DNA of 64,000 nt from Eledone cirrhosa (Eukaryota). The first letter of the stretch is position 1; the number at the start of each line of letters is the position of its first letter. Where the stretch lies: the NCBI GenBank assembly GCA_964016885.1, contig OZ024752.1:21266001-21330000 (forward strand). Direction: 5' to 3'. Made by a program: the position numbers and the translations under genes. The notes beneath the pieces were generated by a model. That model searched no databases. It saw only the letters and a list, made by a program, of their open reading frames with translations, and was not told where the DNA came from. Below, one piece after another: positions 26,059-40,654 of the stretch.

Positions 26059-26226
26059 TATATATATATATATATATATACATCTATATATATATATATA
26101 TATATATATACATCTATATATATATATATATATATATATACATCTATATATATATATATATATACATCTATATATATATATATATATATATATACATCTA
26201 TATATATATATATATATATATATACA

Positions 26227-26264
<38 letters not shown>

Positions 26265-26272
26265 TATATACA

Positions 26273-26335
<63 letters not shown>

Positions 26336-26336
26336 C

Positions 26337-26382
<46 letters not shown>

Positions 26383-26408
26383 TATATATATATATATATA
26401 TATATACA

Positions 26409-26456
<48 letters not shown>

Positions 26457-26457
<1 letters not shown>

Positions 26458-28170
26458 ATTGAAACAAAATGAAAACGAAATTTCATTTCTCACTCTTAGT
26501 ATGGCACTTACTTAAATGTAAGTATGCGTGTCAGTGTTGAACAAAAAGGTGACGTGGTTGCCTTAACACCGTATGGCATAAACTCAGGCTGTTCAGTTTG
26601 TTTACAAACGAACAAAGCGACGTTAGCGCCGCTAAACTGATACGTGCATATATGTATGTGTACCTGTATGCATATGTATGTATATATGTATATATATATA
26701 TATATGTGCATGCTACTGTACGTCTGTATACATATATGTATGTACGTATACATGCATACTTACATTTAAGTAAGTGCCATACTAAGAGTGAGAAATGAAA
26801 TTTTGTTTTCATTTTGTTTCAATTTATCGTTTTCGGTATGCCTGACCGATTTAACTCACTCAATATGCAAATTAGGCTGCTCAGCCGTTAATTTTCATAA
26901 GGAAAGTATATACTTTCGAACGTTCAACTATCTGGCAGATGGGTAAACGGTGCTGATGATAGCTAACAAGCTTGAAACTAGTACATCGTTCCCGTGTCAG
27001 TGTTGAACAAAAAGGTGACGTGGTTGCCTTAACACCGTCTGGCATAAATTCAGGCTGTTCAGTTTGTTTACAAACGAACAAAGCGACGTTAGCGCCGCTA
27101 AACTGATACGTGCATATATGTATGTGTACCTGTATGCATATGTATGTATATATGTATATATATATATATATGTGCATGCTACTGTACGTCTGTATACATA
27201 TATGTATGTACGTATACATGCATACTTACATTTAAGTAAGTGCCATACTAAGAGTGAGAAATGAAATTTCGTTTTCATTTTGTTTCAATCTATCGTTTTC
27301 GGTATGCCTGACCGATTTAACTCACTCAATATGCAAATTAGGCTGCTCAGCCGTTAATTTTCATAAGGAAAGTATATACTTTCGAACGTTCAACTATCTG
27401 GCAGATGGGTAAACGGTGCTGATGATAGCTAACAAGCTTGAAACTAGTACATCGTTCCCGTGTCAGTGTTGAACAAAAAGGTGACGTGGTTGCCTTAACA
27501 CCGTCTGGCATAAATTCAGGCTGTTCAGTTTGTTTACAAACGAACAAAGCGACGTTAGCGCCGCTAAACTGATATGTGCATATATGTATGTGTACCTGTA
27601 TGCATATGTATGTATATATGTATATATATATATATATGTGCATGCTACTGTACGTCTGTATACATATATGTATGTACGTATACATGCATACTTACATTTA
27701 AGTAAGTGTCATACTAAGAGTGAGAAATGAAATTTCGTTTTCATTTTGTTTCAATTTATCGTTTTCGGTATGCCTGACCGATTTAACTCACTCAATATGC
27801 AAATTAGGCTGCTCAGCCGTTAATTTTCATAAGGGAAGTATATACTTTAGAACGTTCAACTATCTGGCAGATGGGTAAACGGTGCTGATGATAGCTAACA
27901 AGCTTGAAACTAGTACATCGTTCCCGTGTCAGTGTTGAACAAAAAGGTGACGTGGTTGCCTTAACACCATATGGCATAAATTCAGGCTGTTCAGTTTGTT
28001 TACAAACGAACAAAGGGACGTTATAATAAGCGCCGCTAAACTGATACGTGCATATATGTATGTGTACCTGTATACATATGTATGTATATATGTATATATA
28101 TATATATATGTGCATGCTACTGTACGTCTGTATACATATATGTATGTACGTATACATGCATACTTACATT
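26457..28170 (+). mobile_element. Retrozyme-like tandem array: ~3.5 copies of a 466-bp unit preceded by a 71-bp inverted piece
   Basis: Identical HHRs start at 26946, 27412 and 27878 (exact 466 spacing); 26457-26527 is the reverse complement of part of the unit. Confidence 0.88.
26946..26990 (+). ncRNA. Minimal type I hammerhead ribozyme (repeated at 27412-27456 and 27878-27922)
   Basis: aacggtg-CTGATGA-t.agct.aaca.agct.t-GAAAC-ta-GTA-catcgtt; palindromic stem III ACTAGT. Confidence 0.9.
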
Positions 28171-28642
28171 TATATATACATCTATATATATATATATATA
28201 CATATATATATGTATATATATATATGTACATATATATATATATATATATGTACATATATATATATATATATATGTACATATATATATATATATATGTACA
28301 TATATATATATATATATGTACATATATATATATATATATGTACATATATATATATATATGTACATATATATATATATATGTACATATATATATATATATG
28401 TACATATATATATATATATATATGTACATATATATATATATATATGTACATATATATATATATATATGTACATATATATATATATATGTACATATATATA
28501 TATATATATGTACATATATATATATATATATGTACATATATATATATATATATATGTACATATATATATATATATATATGTACATATATATATATATATG
28601 TATGTACATATATATATATATATGTACATATATATATATATA

Positions 28643-28680
<38 letters not shown>

Positions 28681-28703
28681 TATATATATATATATGTACA
28701 TAT

Positions 28704-28935
28704 ATATTGTTATATTTGGGGAGGGTCATATTTGCGTAATATTGCCAGAATTAATAACAGAACACACTCACTGTTTGGTTGGTTTTCGCTTCTCGCTGTC
28801 TTTTATATCTGCGGTCTAACTTACTCGCAGATATAAAAGACAGCGAGAAGCGAAAACCAACCAAACAGTGAGTGTGTTCTGTTATTAATTCTGGCAATAT
28901 TACGCAAATATGACCCTCCCCAAATATAACAATAT
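28704..28935. repeat. Inverted repeat, 110-bp identical arms, 12-nt spacer
   Basis: Arms 28704-28813 and 28826-28935; related to the PLE terminus at 32335-32386 and 33101-33131. Confidence 0.95.
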
Positions 28936-28990
28936 CTGTTTCGACACACGATTTCATATAAAAAACCTCGCAAAACTAATTCATCGCCGC

Positions 28991-29046
<56 letters not shown>

Positions 29047-29075
29047 TATATATCTATATATGTACATATATATAT

Positions 29076-29118
<43 letters not shown>

Positions 29119-29132
29119 TATATATATATATA

Positions 29133-29188
<56 letters not shown>

Positions 29189-29207
29189 TATATATACATA
29201 CATGTAC

Positions 29208-29376
<169 letters not shown>

Positions 29377-29546
29377 TAGATACATAGATAAATATACACT
29401 GGTGTGTATGATTGTGTATAGAAGATTATATTAATAAAAGGAATTCCAACTTTGTCTGATTTACTCGTTTTATTTACAATCCTTTAAAATTTATAATGGT
29501 ATTAGAATGAAATAGTATGGTAGAATATTAAATGTTAAGTGTTAAT

Positions 29547-29585
29547 TGAACAAGTACTTTCATGCTTTCGCAATATTCAGGTTCA
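29547..29585 (-). ncRNA. Minimal hammerhead-like motif, core variant CUGAAUA
   Basis: tgaac-CTGAATA-t.tgc.gaaa.gca.t-GAAAG-ta-CTT-gttca. Confidence 0.65.
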
Positions 29586-29652
29586 TATATATATATATAC
29601 ATATATACATATATATATATATATACATATATATACATATATATATATATAT

Positions 29653-29699
<47 letters not shown>

Positions 29700-29710
29700 T
29701 ACATATATAT

Positions 29711-29957
<247 letters not shown>

Positions 29958-30039
29958 AAAGTTCTATTTAAATTGTTGGGATACAACAAGTAAATATTTT
30001 TATAACTGATATAAAGCACTCGACAAGTATTTGGAGTAG

Positions 30040-30396
30040 ATATACGATATTAACAAATGGAAACTATATTTATAAAACCATATTTATTTCATTATACATA
30101 TTTCAAGGATACCAAGTTAAATTATGGTATGCCTTCATCAGACAAAATACAATATATATCAGTTTTACAAATAAGCATTGACTATATATCAGTTTTACAA
30201 ATAAGCATTGACTATCCTGATGTCCTCCAAAAGTAATGGTCGCATTTTGAAAGGGTACGTCAATGCTTATTTGTAAAACTGATATATATTGTATTTTGTC
30301 TGATGAAGGCATACCATAATTTAACTTGGTATCCTTGAAATATGTATAATGAAATAAATATGGTTTTATAAATATAGTTTCCATTTGTTAATATCG

Positions 30397-30401
<5 letters not shown>
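30040..30401. repeat. Inverted repeat, ~143-bp arms, 76-nt spacer; each arm carries a hammerhead (30085-30149 minus, 30292-30356 plus)
   Basis: tattttgt-CTGATGA-aggcatacca..tggtatcctt-GAAA-tatgta-TA-atgaaata; the spacer starts with a 30-bp duplication of the arm end. Confidence 0.88.
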
Positions 30402-30427
<26 letters not shown>

Positions 30428-30510
30428 ATAATAATAAAATTGAAGACTAAAATCCAGAGAGGGCTCGATAAAATCTGTTATTTTAATAAATATATATATA
30501 TATATATATA

Positions 30511-30562
30511 TAAGTATGTATGTATACGTACATACATATATGTATACAGACGTACAGTAGCA

Positions 30563-30610
<48 letters not shown>

Positions 30611-31046
30611 TACATACAGGTACACATACATATATGCACGCATCAGTTTGGCGGACGCTTATTATAACGCCGCTTTGTTCGTTTGTAAACAAACTGAACA
30701 GCCTGAATTTATGCCATACGGTGTTAGGGCAACCACGTCACCTTTTTGTTCAACACTGACACAGGAACGATGTACTAGTTTCAAGCTTGTTAGCTATCAT
30801 CAGCACCGTATACCCATCCGCCAGATAGTTGAACGTTCGAAAGTATATACTTTCCTTATGAAAATTAACGGCTGAGCAGACTAATTTGCATATTGAGTGA
30901 GTTAAATCGGTCAGGCATACCGTAAACGATAAGTTGAAAAAAAAATGAAAACGAAATTTAATTTCTCACTCTTAGTATGGCACTTACTTAAATGTAAGTA
31001 TGTATGTATACGTACATACATATATGTATACAGACGTACAGTAGCA

Positions 31047-31104
<58 letters not shown>

Positions 31105-31569
31105 TACATACAGGTACACATACATATATGCACGCATCAGTTTAGCGGACGCTTATTATAACGCCGCTTTGTTCGTTTGTAAACAAACTGAACAGCCTGA
31201 ATTTATGCCATACGGTGTTAAGGCAACCACGTCACCTTTTTTTCAACTTATCGTTTTCGGTATGCCTGACCGATTTAACTCACTCAATATGCAAATTAGT
31301 CTGCTCAGCCGTTAATTTTCATAAGGAAAGTATATACTTTCGAACGTTCAACTATCTGGCAGATGGGTATACGGTGCTGATGATAGCTAACAAGCTTGAA
31401 ACTAGTACATCGTTCCTGTGTCAGTGTTGAACAAAAAGGTGACGTGGTTGCCTTAACACCGTATGGCATAAATTCAGGCTGTTCAGTTTGTTTACAAACG
31501 AACAAAGCGGCGTTATAATAAGCGTCCGCTAAACTGATGCGTGCATATATGTATGTGTACCTGTATGTA

Positions 31570-31639
<70 letters not shown>

Positions 31640-32075
31640 TGCTACTGTACGTCTGTATACATATATGTATGTACGTATACATACATACTTACATTTAAGT
31701 AAGTGCCATACTAAGAGTGAGAAATGAAATTTCGTTTTCATTTTTTTTTCAACTTATCGTTTTCGGTATGCCTGACCGATTTAACTCACTCAATATGCAA
31801 ATTAGTCTGCTCAGCCGTTAATTTTCATAAGGAAAGTATATACTTTCGAACGTTCAACTATCTGGCAGATGGGTATACGGTGCTGATGATAGCTAACAAG
31901 CTTGAAACTAGTACATCGTTCCTGTGTCAGTGTTGAACAAAAAGGTGACGTGGTTGCCTTAACACCGTATGGCATAAATTCAGGCTGTTCAGTTTGTTTA
32001 CAAACGAACAAAGCGGCGTTATAATAAGCGTCCGCTAAACTGATGCGTGCATATATGTATGTGTACCTGTATGTA

Positions 32076-32117
<42 letters not shown>

Positions 32118-32230
32118 TGCTACTGTACGTCTGTATACATATATGTATGTACGTATACATACATACTTACATTTAAGTAAGTGCCATACTAAGAGTGAGA
32201 AATGAAATTTCGTTTTCATTTTTTTTTAAA

Positions 32231-32233
<3 letters not shown>
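30511..32233. mobile_element. Second array of the 466-bp HHR family: ~1.5 inverted units then ~2 direct units
   Basis: HHRs at 30766-30810 (minus), 31370-31414 and 31876-31920 (plus); strand switch near 31240. Confidence 0.88.
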
Positions 32234-32268
<35 letters not shown>

Positions 32269-32295
32269 TACATATATATTTATAATATATAATAT

Positions 32296-33126
32296 ATTTC
32301 GTTTCTGAATTTGTTTAGCAAGATTCTTTATCTGAAAACGTGTGTTGAAACTGATATTGTTATACTTTGGGAAGGTCATGTTGCCATAATCTGTAAACTA
32401 AGCCCCCATATTAACTGTAAAACTAGAAACATAGTATATAGCATAAGATGTACTGAAGGACAATGTAAAAAGAAGAATATAGTGTACATAGGTGAGACAG
32501 CTCGTAGTATAGGAGAACGATTAAATGAACACTGGCGAGAGCTTCAAGATAGAAAAGAATAATTAGTACTCCCCCAACATGCTAAAATAGAACATAAGGG
32601 CAAATTAGAGAACATGGAAATAAAAATAAAATCTACACACGAAAAGACGCAATGTTTAGACAAATCACAGAGGCAGTAAACATAAATGAACTCCAACCAA
32701 AATTAAATAGAAAACATGAATGGAATAGCAGCATCACAACTTACAATTAAGGACAAAATGAAAACACATACACATAGAACAAACAACCAACCAGTAACAT
32801 GTAAATAAACAAATAAATAAACAAATAAAAACACACACAGACACCCGGATGTAACATGCGCAAACTAAGCACACAACACACACAAAAACAAGATGGCGTA
32901 GGACAGAATTAAGGAGAGGCACAAAACAAAGAGAAGAATCCCCAGTCACTGAAGAGGTCACAGAATGTGTGACAAAAGAACTTTGACAATATAGGAACAA
33001 CCATTCGGTTGTGGAACCAACAAACCAACCGGAAATTTATAAATTTTTTAATTTATAATAAATTGGAGTGAAAGCAACTGGTCTGTGTGTTTCTTATTGG
33101 CAACATGACCCTCCCGAAGTATAACA

Positions 33127-33131
<5 letters not shown>
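32296..33131 (+). mobile_element. 5'-truncated Penelope-like element (GIY-YIG end + UTR) with an inverted terminal copy at its 5' side
   Basis: NCKTRNIVYSIRC...VYIGETARSIGERLNEH; atattgttatactttgggaaggtcatgttgcca at 32354 is inverted at 33101-33131; decayed HHR gtca-CTGAAGA-g.gtcac..gtgac-AAAA at 32945-32987. Confidence 0.85.
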
Positions 33132-33184
<53 letters not shown>

Positions 33185-33227
33185 ATATATATATATATAA
33201 TATATATATATATATTATATATATATT

Positions 33228-34645
33228 ATCATCATCATCATCATCACCGTTTTACGTCCGTTCTTCCATGCTAGCATGGATTAGACGGGTTGTCCTGTTG
33301 TGGGCAGTGTCTGGTCGGCTGACTATGCCTTGCTCATACAGGAACTGATTTTGGCTTGATTTTTACAGCTGGATGCCCTTCCTAACACCAACCTCATTTA
33401 CAGTGAGTGCTGGGTGCTTTTTCCGTGGCGCCTACACGTCCACTTTACATTGTGGGCTGGGTGCTTTTTTGCCGTGGCACCTCCACGACCACCTTGCAGT
33501 GGGAGGGTGTGGGAGCATATTGTCTATATGCTTCACCTTGTACCCATGGGAGGTCGGGTACTCTGTATTACTGCGTGACGCCAGAGGTCACGGTCGTGTG
33601 TCATCGCCTTTTAGAGGTGTAATTGGGTAAGGTCAGCTTTTATCACCTCATCGCAGGTCTTCTTGGGTCTCCCCACTCCGCGGTTTCCATTGACTTCTAG
33701 TGCTCTGCACCTCTTTATACAGCTGTCATCCTTCATACGCATCACATGTCCATACTAACGCAACCGCCTCTCCTGCACACAACATTTGATTCCTTTTATG
33801 CTCAGTCTCTCTCTCAATTCATTTATGCTTTGTCGTTCGCGTATATTACTATTACACATCCATCAGAGCATGCAGGCTTCGTTTCTTTCTAATCTATGTA
33901 AGTCTTCCACCTTCAGCGCCCAGGTCTCACTACCATGTAACATTGCTGTTCGTATTCTCGCATCATACAGTCTGCCTTTCATTTTGAGGGAGAAGCCTTT
34001 TGCAGCTAGCAGTGGCAGTAGTTGCCTGAACTTCTTCCATCCTGTTCTTACCCTAGTTATTGTACTTTCAGAACACCCACCTCTGCTGCTAATTCGGCCA
34101 CCTAGGTAGCAGAAGCTGTCTACTGTTTCTACAGAGCCCTCCAAGAGATTGGTGGTACTTGTTTCCTGTGGCTGGTTGCTGCTTGCTGTCCCAGCACAGC
34201 TGCTGCATGTGAAGCCTACATTCTTAATTAAGCTTCCTGAGATCCCGCTATATCTCTTGTGTACCCATTGTTTGCATTTGGGGCAGAGAATGGAGTTCCT
34301 ACCTACACCTTTCCTACATACCGAGCAAGGCCATTTCCCAAAGGGGATCTGGGTTCTGTTTTCTCGTCTACTTACAAGGCCCTTAGTCTTTGTCAGGTTG
34401 ACTTTGAGACCCTTTCTTTCCAGTCCCTGCTTCCAAGTTTGGAATTTCTTCTCTAGTTCTACCATAGATTCAGCTATAAGTGCGAGGTCATCAGCATAGA
34501 GGAGTTCCCATGGCCCTCCGGTCTTAAACTCCTCCGTTATTGCCTGCAGGACTATGATGAACAGGAGAGGGCTAACAACAGGCCCTGGTGGACACCAACC
34601 TGTACACTAAATTCCTCGCTATACTCATTGCTAATCCTAACTGGC
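33228..34645 (-). mobile_element. 5'-truncated RTE LINE
   Basis: ORF 33863..34465 with the PHD-like finger and MLHGSETW; (cat)n tail. Confidence 0.9.
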
Positions 34646-34684
34646 TTACTATAACATTCGTTTTATGAGGGGAGGGGGGGGGTT

Positions 34685-35944
34685 CTAGAGTTAGTCATAC
34701 CTATAGTCGGATATAATAGAATAGATAACCGCACTAAAGATAACGACCCCGGCGACGGTGACCACTGTAGATTACTCGAACTATTCCCCTATTACAAAAC
34801 CAACAAAGGCGACGGCCTACTACCAACGCCTTCCAACCAACATCTTCCTGTACATAAACATGGAAGAGGTAGGAAGAGTGCACCCGAGCATAAAGTGAAA
34901 GTGGCACCGAACGGGCGACTGCGCATTAACACACATAAGAGCGGTCACCTAGATGGAAACACCCGTAGCAAACGTACAAGGACACGTAATCGCCACCATA
35001 ACGTCCTATGGTTCCATCACCCCCTACTCTCGGAGTGTGGCCTCCAACATACCCCGAACGTTCTTCGAAGCCTTAGAGAAGAACTTCCCGCCCAACCATA
35101 GGTATAGAAAAATTCTTAATAGGAACAATATAAAAATATCCTTCTCTACTACTCCTAACCTAACAGACATCATAGGAACAACGAACCACAGTAAGATCAC
35201 CAAGACACAGCACCTCGACACAGACGCACCTACACCTGACAATAACTATATCGACCTTAACAACTCCCTGGCAGCATCCAATAGTGTTGGCAACGGCATC
35301 CGCAGACGCAACTAGCATAACCGCGAAATGACTGGGGAACATGCAGGACATGACGTGCGGAATAACAATCGCACCACCCCGCGTGCTGTGGGTTGTAATG
35401 GTGCTAACGACAGCTGCGGTAGCGTAGGTAACAATGTAGGCAGCAACAATGATAGCCTTACCGTGGGAAATAGACGGAACCGCGACAGAAATTGCAACTG
35501 CCGCGACAGAGGACGCTGCCCCCTTAGAGGATACTGCTTGACTGATAGGGTTATATATAGATGCACTATAACTAGCCACAATAGCGTTAAACATTATATA
35601 GGGGCTACCTCCGGCCCGTTCAACATTAGGTTTCGAACACATCTCCACTCTTTCACAAATAGAAAACTAAGGCACTCCACTTCGCTCGCGGACTACATCA
35701 CATCACTAAAGAACTTAAACATCAGCTTCTCCACGCACTGGGATATTGTCGACAGGGCTGCACCGTTCAACTTCAAGAGGAAATGCGATCTTTGCCTCAT
35801 GGAGCTCTACCACATCATAACTGCACCCCACGAGCACATCAACAGCAGAGCTGAAACAGCGATAAGTTGTACACATCGCTTAAAAATATCACTGATGAAG
35901 GACTAACTTTATTCATATGTAACCCATTAGCAACCACGCAGCAC

Positions 35945-35947
<3 letters not shown>
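34685..35947 (+). mobile_element. Penelope-like element fragment (linker + GIY-YIG endonuclease)
   Basis: FPPNHRYRKILNRNNIKISFSTTPN; CNC..CPL..CL..VIYRCTI..YIGAT..FNIRFRTH..CDLCLME. Confidence 0.9.
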
Positions 35948-35949
<2 letters not shown>

Positions 35950-35999
<50 letters not shown>

Positions 36000-36135
36000 T
36001 ACATACATAGCCATACAATTATACACATACATATACATACATATCACAAACACGCACAACCAAATACAAACACACACATATATATATGTGTGTGTAAAAC
36101 TCATTCTTAGCTAATTCATATGAACCTTATTTACC

Positions 36136-36213
<78 letters not shown>

Positions 36214-36713
36214 ACATACACATACATACACATACATACTCACATACACATATATACCTACACACACATATATACATACACATACGTATGCATACGCACA
36301 CACACACACACACACACACATATACATATATAACTCAATATATATATATGAGAAAGAAGATAAATATTATAAAATAAATATTGTATATATAAAAAATATT
36401 GTATATATAAAATAAAAATAAAAATAAAAATAAAAATGAAAATAAAAAGTTGGGAATACGACAAATAATAAATAAAAATATATATATTTAGAAAAGGGTA
36501 TAAATGCCCATAGCGGACCTAGAGCACTCAACAAATTCCTGGAGCAAAAGATCAATGAAAATAATCATCAAATCACTATATGTAATGATGCACATACATA
36601 CACCCTTATACATATATACATACACACACACACACACACATATATATACATACACACACACACACACAAAAAAAAACACAACCACAGAAATACACACACA
36701 CATACAATTACGT

Positions 36714-36744
<31 letters not shown>

Positions 36745-36925
36745 CACACATAGGAAAAAGTCTGACCTTACGGCAGAGCTCAAGCCTTTTCTGAGGCTAT
36801 TATATAAAAGCACAAAACCATTATATAAAAATACACATACACGCACAAATATACACACGCCCATACACACACATTAAAGTTATATATACACACATACATA
36901 CATACACATATATACATACATATGT

Positions 36926-36967
<42 letters not shown>

Positions 36968-37232
36968 TACACACATACATACATATAAGTATATACACAC
37001 ACGCGCACAAATACAACAGAAATATATATTTAATCGTATATATTATATATTTCTGTTGTATTTGTGCGCGTGTGTGTATATACTTATATGTATGTATGTG
37101 TGTATATATGTGTGTATGAGCGTGTGTATATTTGTGCGTGTATGTGTATTTTTTTAATATAATGGTTTTGTGTTTTCATATAATAGCCTCAGAAAAGGCT
37201 TGAGCTCTGCCGTAGGGTCAGACTTTTTCCTA

Positions 37233-37306
<74 letters not shown>

Positions 37307-37771
37307 CGTAATTGTATGTGTGTATTTCTGTGGTTGTGTTTTTTTGGTGTTTGTGTGTATGTATATATATGTGTGTGTGTGTGTGTGTGTATATGTATAT
37401 ATGTATAAGGGTGTATGTATGTGCATCATTACATATAGTGATTTGATGAATATTTTCATTGATCTTTTGCTCCAGGAACTTGTTGAGTGCTCTAGGTCTG
37501 CTATGGGCATTTATACCCTTTTCTAAATATATATTTTTTTATTTATTATTTGTCGTATTCCCAACTTTTTATTTTCATTTTTATTTTTATTTTTATATAT
37601 ACAATATTTATTTTATAATATTTATGTTCTTTCTCATATATATATATATATATATTGAGTTATATATGTATATGTGTGTGTGTGTGTGTACGTATGCATA
37701 CGTATGTTTATGTATATATGTGTGTGTAGGTATCTATGTGTATGCGAGTATGTATATATGTGTATGTATGT

Positions 37772-37817
<46 letters not shown>

Positions 37818-37975
37818 GTTAAATAAGGTTCATATGAATTAGCTAAGAATGAGTTTTACACACATATATATATATGTGTGTGTTTGTATTGGTTGTGCGT
37901 GTTTGTGATATGGTATGTATATGTATGTGTATAATTGTATGGCTATGTATGTATGTGTGTGTATATATATATATG
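35950..37975. repeat. ~1-kb-arm imperfect inverted repeat centred near 37036
   Basis: Unique blocks (aaactcattcttagctaattc; gcccatagcggacctagagcactc; ggcagagctcaagcc; cgcgcacaaatacaacag) are mirrored in order, with a few substitutions and microsatellite length differences. Confidence 0.9.
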
Positions 37976-37997
37976 TATGTATATGTGTGTGTATATA

Positions 37998-38028
<31 letters not shown>

Positions 38029-38606
38029 TATGTATTTGTGTATGCGTATGTATGTGTTTATGTATATGTATATTTATGTGTGAGAGTGTGTGTATGTATT
38101 TATTTTTACGTGTGTATGTGTACGTGCATTTGTGTGTATTGCTTACCACGTGTGTTTGTTCATTTATTTGTTGCCTGTATTTATAATAGTCTTTATTTTC
38201 TTTTTTATGTCTTTTATTATTATATATATTTTTTCCTATATTTATTTGCGTGTGTGAGTATGTAGAGGTGTGTGTATATTTTTCTATTTTTGTGCATGCG
38301 TATGTATGCATGTATATATGTGTGTATGTATGTGTATGTATGTACGTGTGTATATACGTATGATTGTGTGTATGTATGTATGTATATGTATGTGTGTATG
38401 GCTATGTATGTGTATGTGTATGCATATATATATATATATATATATATTTATATTTTTATATACATATGTATATATATGTGTGTGGTTGTATATATGTATG
38501 TGTATGTATGGATATGTTGATATTTATGTGTGTATGTATGTATGTGTATATGTATGTGTATGTATATATACACACATATATATGTGTGTGTGTATATGTG
38601 TGTGTG

Positions 38607-38680
<74 letters not shown>

Positions 38681-38801
38681 GTGTGTATGTATATAATTGT
38701 GTGTGTGTGTGTTTGCATGTGTGTTTTTATTTTATTTTTCCTTTCCTTCTTCCTTCTCTTTTTGTTTTTAAAATCCAATGTCAATAAATACGCCAGGATT
38801 T

Positions 38802-38860
38802 TTTCATTCTGATGATTGAAAGCAAAATTTTTGCTTTTAAGAAACCACTGGTAAATGAAA
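38802..38860 (+). ncRNA. Type I hammerhead ribozyme
   Basis: tttcatt-CTGATGA-ttgaaagcaaaa.t.ttttgcttttaa-GAAA-cca.c.tgg-TA-aatgaaa. Confidence 0.85.
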
Positions 38861-38925
38861 TAATTGCCTTATATTGTTTATTACATAACTATATATATAT
38901 ATATATAATATTTATATATATATAT

Positions 38926-38965
<40 letters not shown>

Positions 38966-39261
38966 TATATATATATATATTTTTTTTATATATATATATA
39001 TATATAATATTTATATATATATATATATATAATATTTATATATATAATATTTATATATATATATATATAATATTTATATATATATATATATAATATTTAT
39101 ATATATATATATATAATATTTATATATATATATATATATAATTATATATATATATATATATAATATTTATATATATATATATATATAATATTTATATATA
39201 TATATATATAATATTTATATATATATATATATAATATTTATATATATATATATATAATATT

Positions 39262-39353
<92 letters not shown>

Positions 39354-40081
39354 ATATTTATATATATATATAATATTTATATATATATATAATATATATA
39401 TATATATAATATATATATATATATAATATTTATATATATATATATAATATTTTTATATATATATATAATATTTTTATATATATATATATATAATATTTTT
39501 ATATATATATAATATTTATATATATACATATATATAATATTTATATATATACATATATATAATATTTATTTATATATATATATATAATATTTATTTATAT
39601 ATATATATATAATATTTATTTATATATATATATATAATATTTATTTATATGTATATATATAATATTTATTTATATATATATATATAATATTTATTTATAT
39701 ATATATATATAATATTTATTTATATGTATATATATAATATTTATTTATATATATATATATAATATTTATTTATATATATATATATAATATTTATTTATAT
39801 ATATATATATAATATTTATTTATATATATATATATAATATTTATTTATATATATATATATAATATTTATTTATATATATATATATAATATTTATTTATAT
39901 ATATATATATAATATTTATTTATATATATATATATAATATTTATTTATATATATATATATAATATTTATATATATATATATATATAATATTTATATATAT
40001 ATATATATAATATTTATATATATATATATAATATTTATATATATATATATAATATTTATATATATATATATATATAATATT

Positions 40082-40112
<31 letters not shown>

Positions 40113-40128
40113 TATATATATATATATA

Positions 40129-40412
40129 TGGTGCCGCGCCATAGGCCGAAACAAATGAGATCGTGTAGGTGTCACGACAAAAAAACACACAGTCCACGCT
40201 GTAATGTGGCCGTGTAGGCAACACGGTAAAAACCTCCCAGACCCACACTGTAAATGTGGTTGGTGTTAGGAAGGGCATCCAACTGTAGAAAACCTGCCAG
40301 ACAGTCCTATGCGAGCAAGACAATCACTCTTGCCTCAAGTGGGACTACCCCTGTCCAAACCCATGCAAGCGTGGAACACGGACGTTAAACGTTGATGATG
40401 ATGATGATGATA
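40129..40412 (+). mobile_element. Short 3'-end copy of the intact RTE
   Basis: Near-identical to 25693-25983; lies inside a TA-rich tract. Confidence 0.92.
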
Positions 40413-40419
40413 TATATAA

Positions 40420-40466
<47 letters not shown>

Positions 40467-40485
40467 TATATATATATATAGTATT

Positions 40486-40517
<32 letters not shown>

Positions 40518-40540
40518 TATATATATATATATATATATAA

Positions 40541-40641
<101 letters not shown>

Positions 40642-40654
40642 TATATATATATAT

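Noticed and set aside
35886-35905. CTGATGA at the end of the Penelope ORF
   Set aside because: No matching stem II or GAAA partner was found nearby
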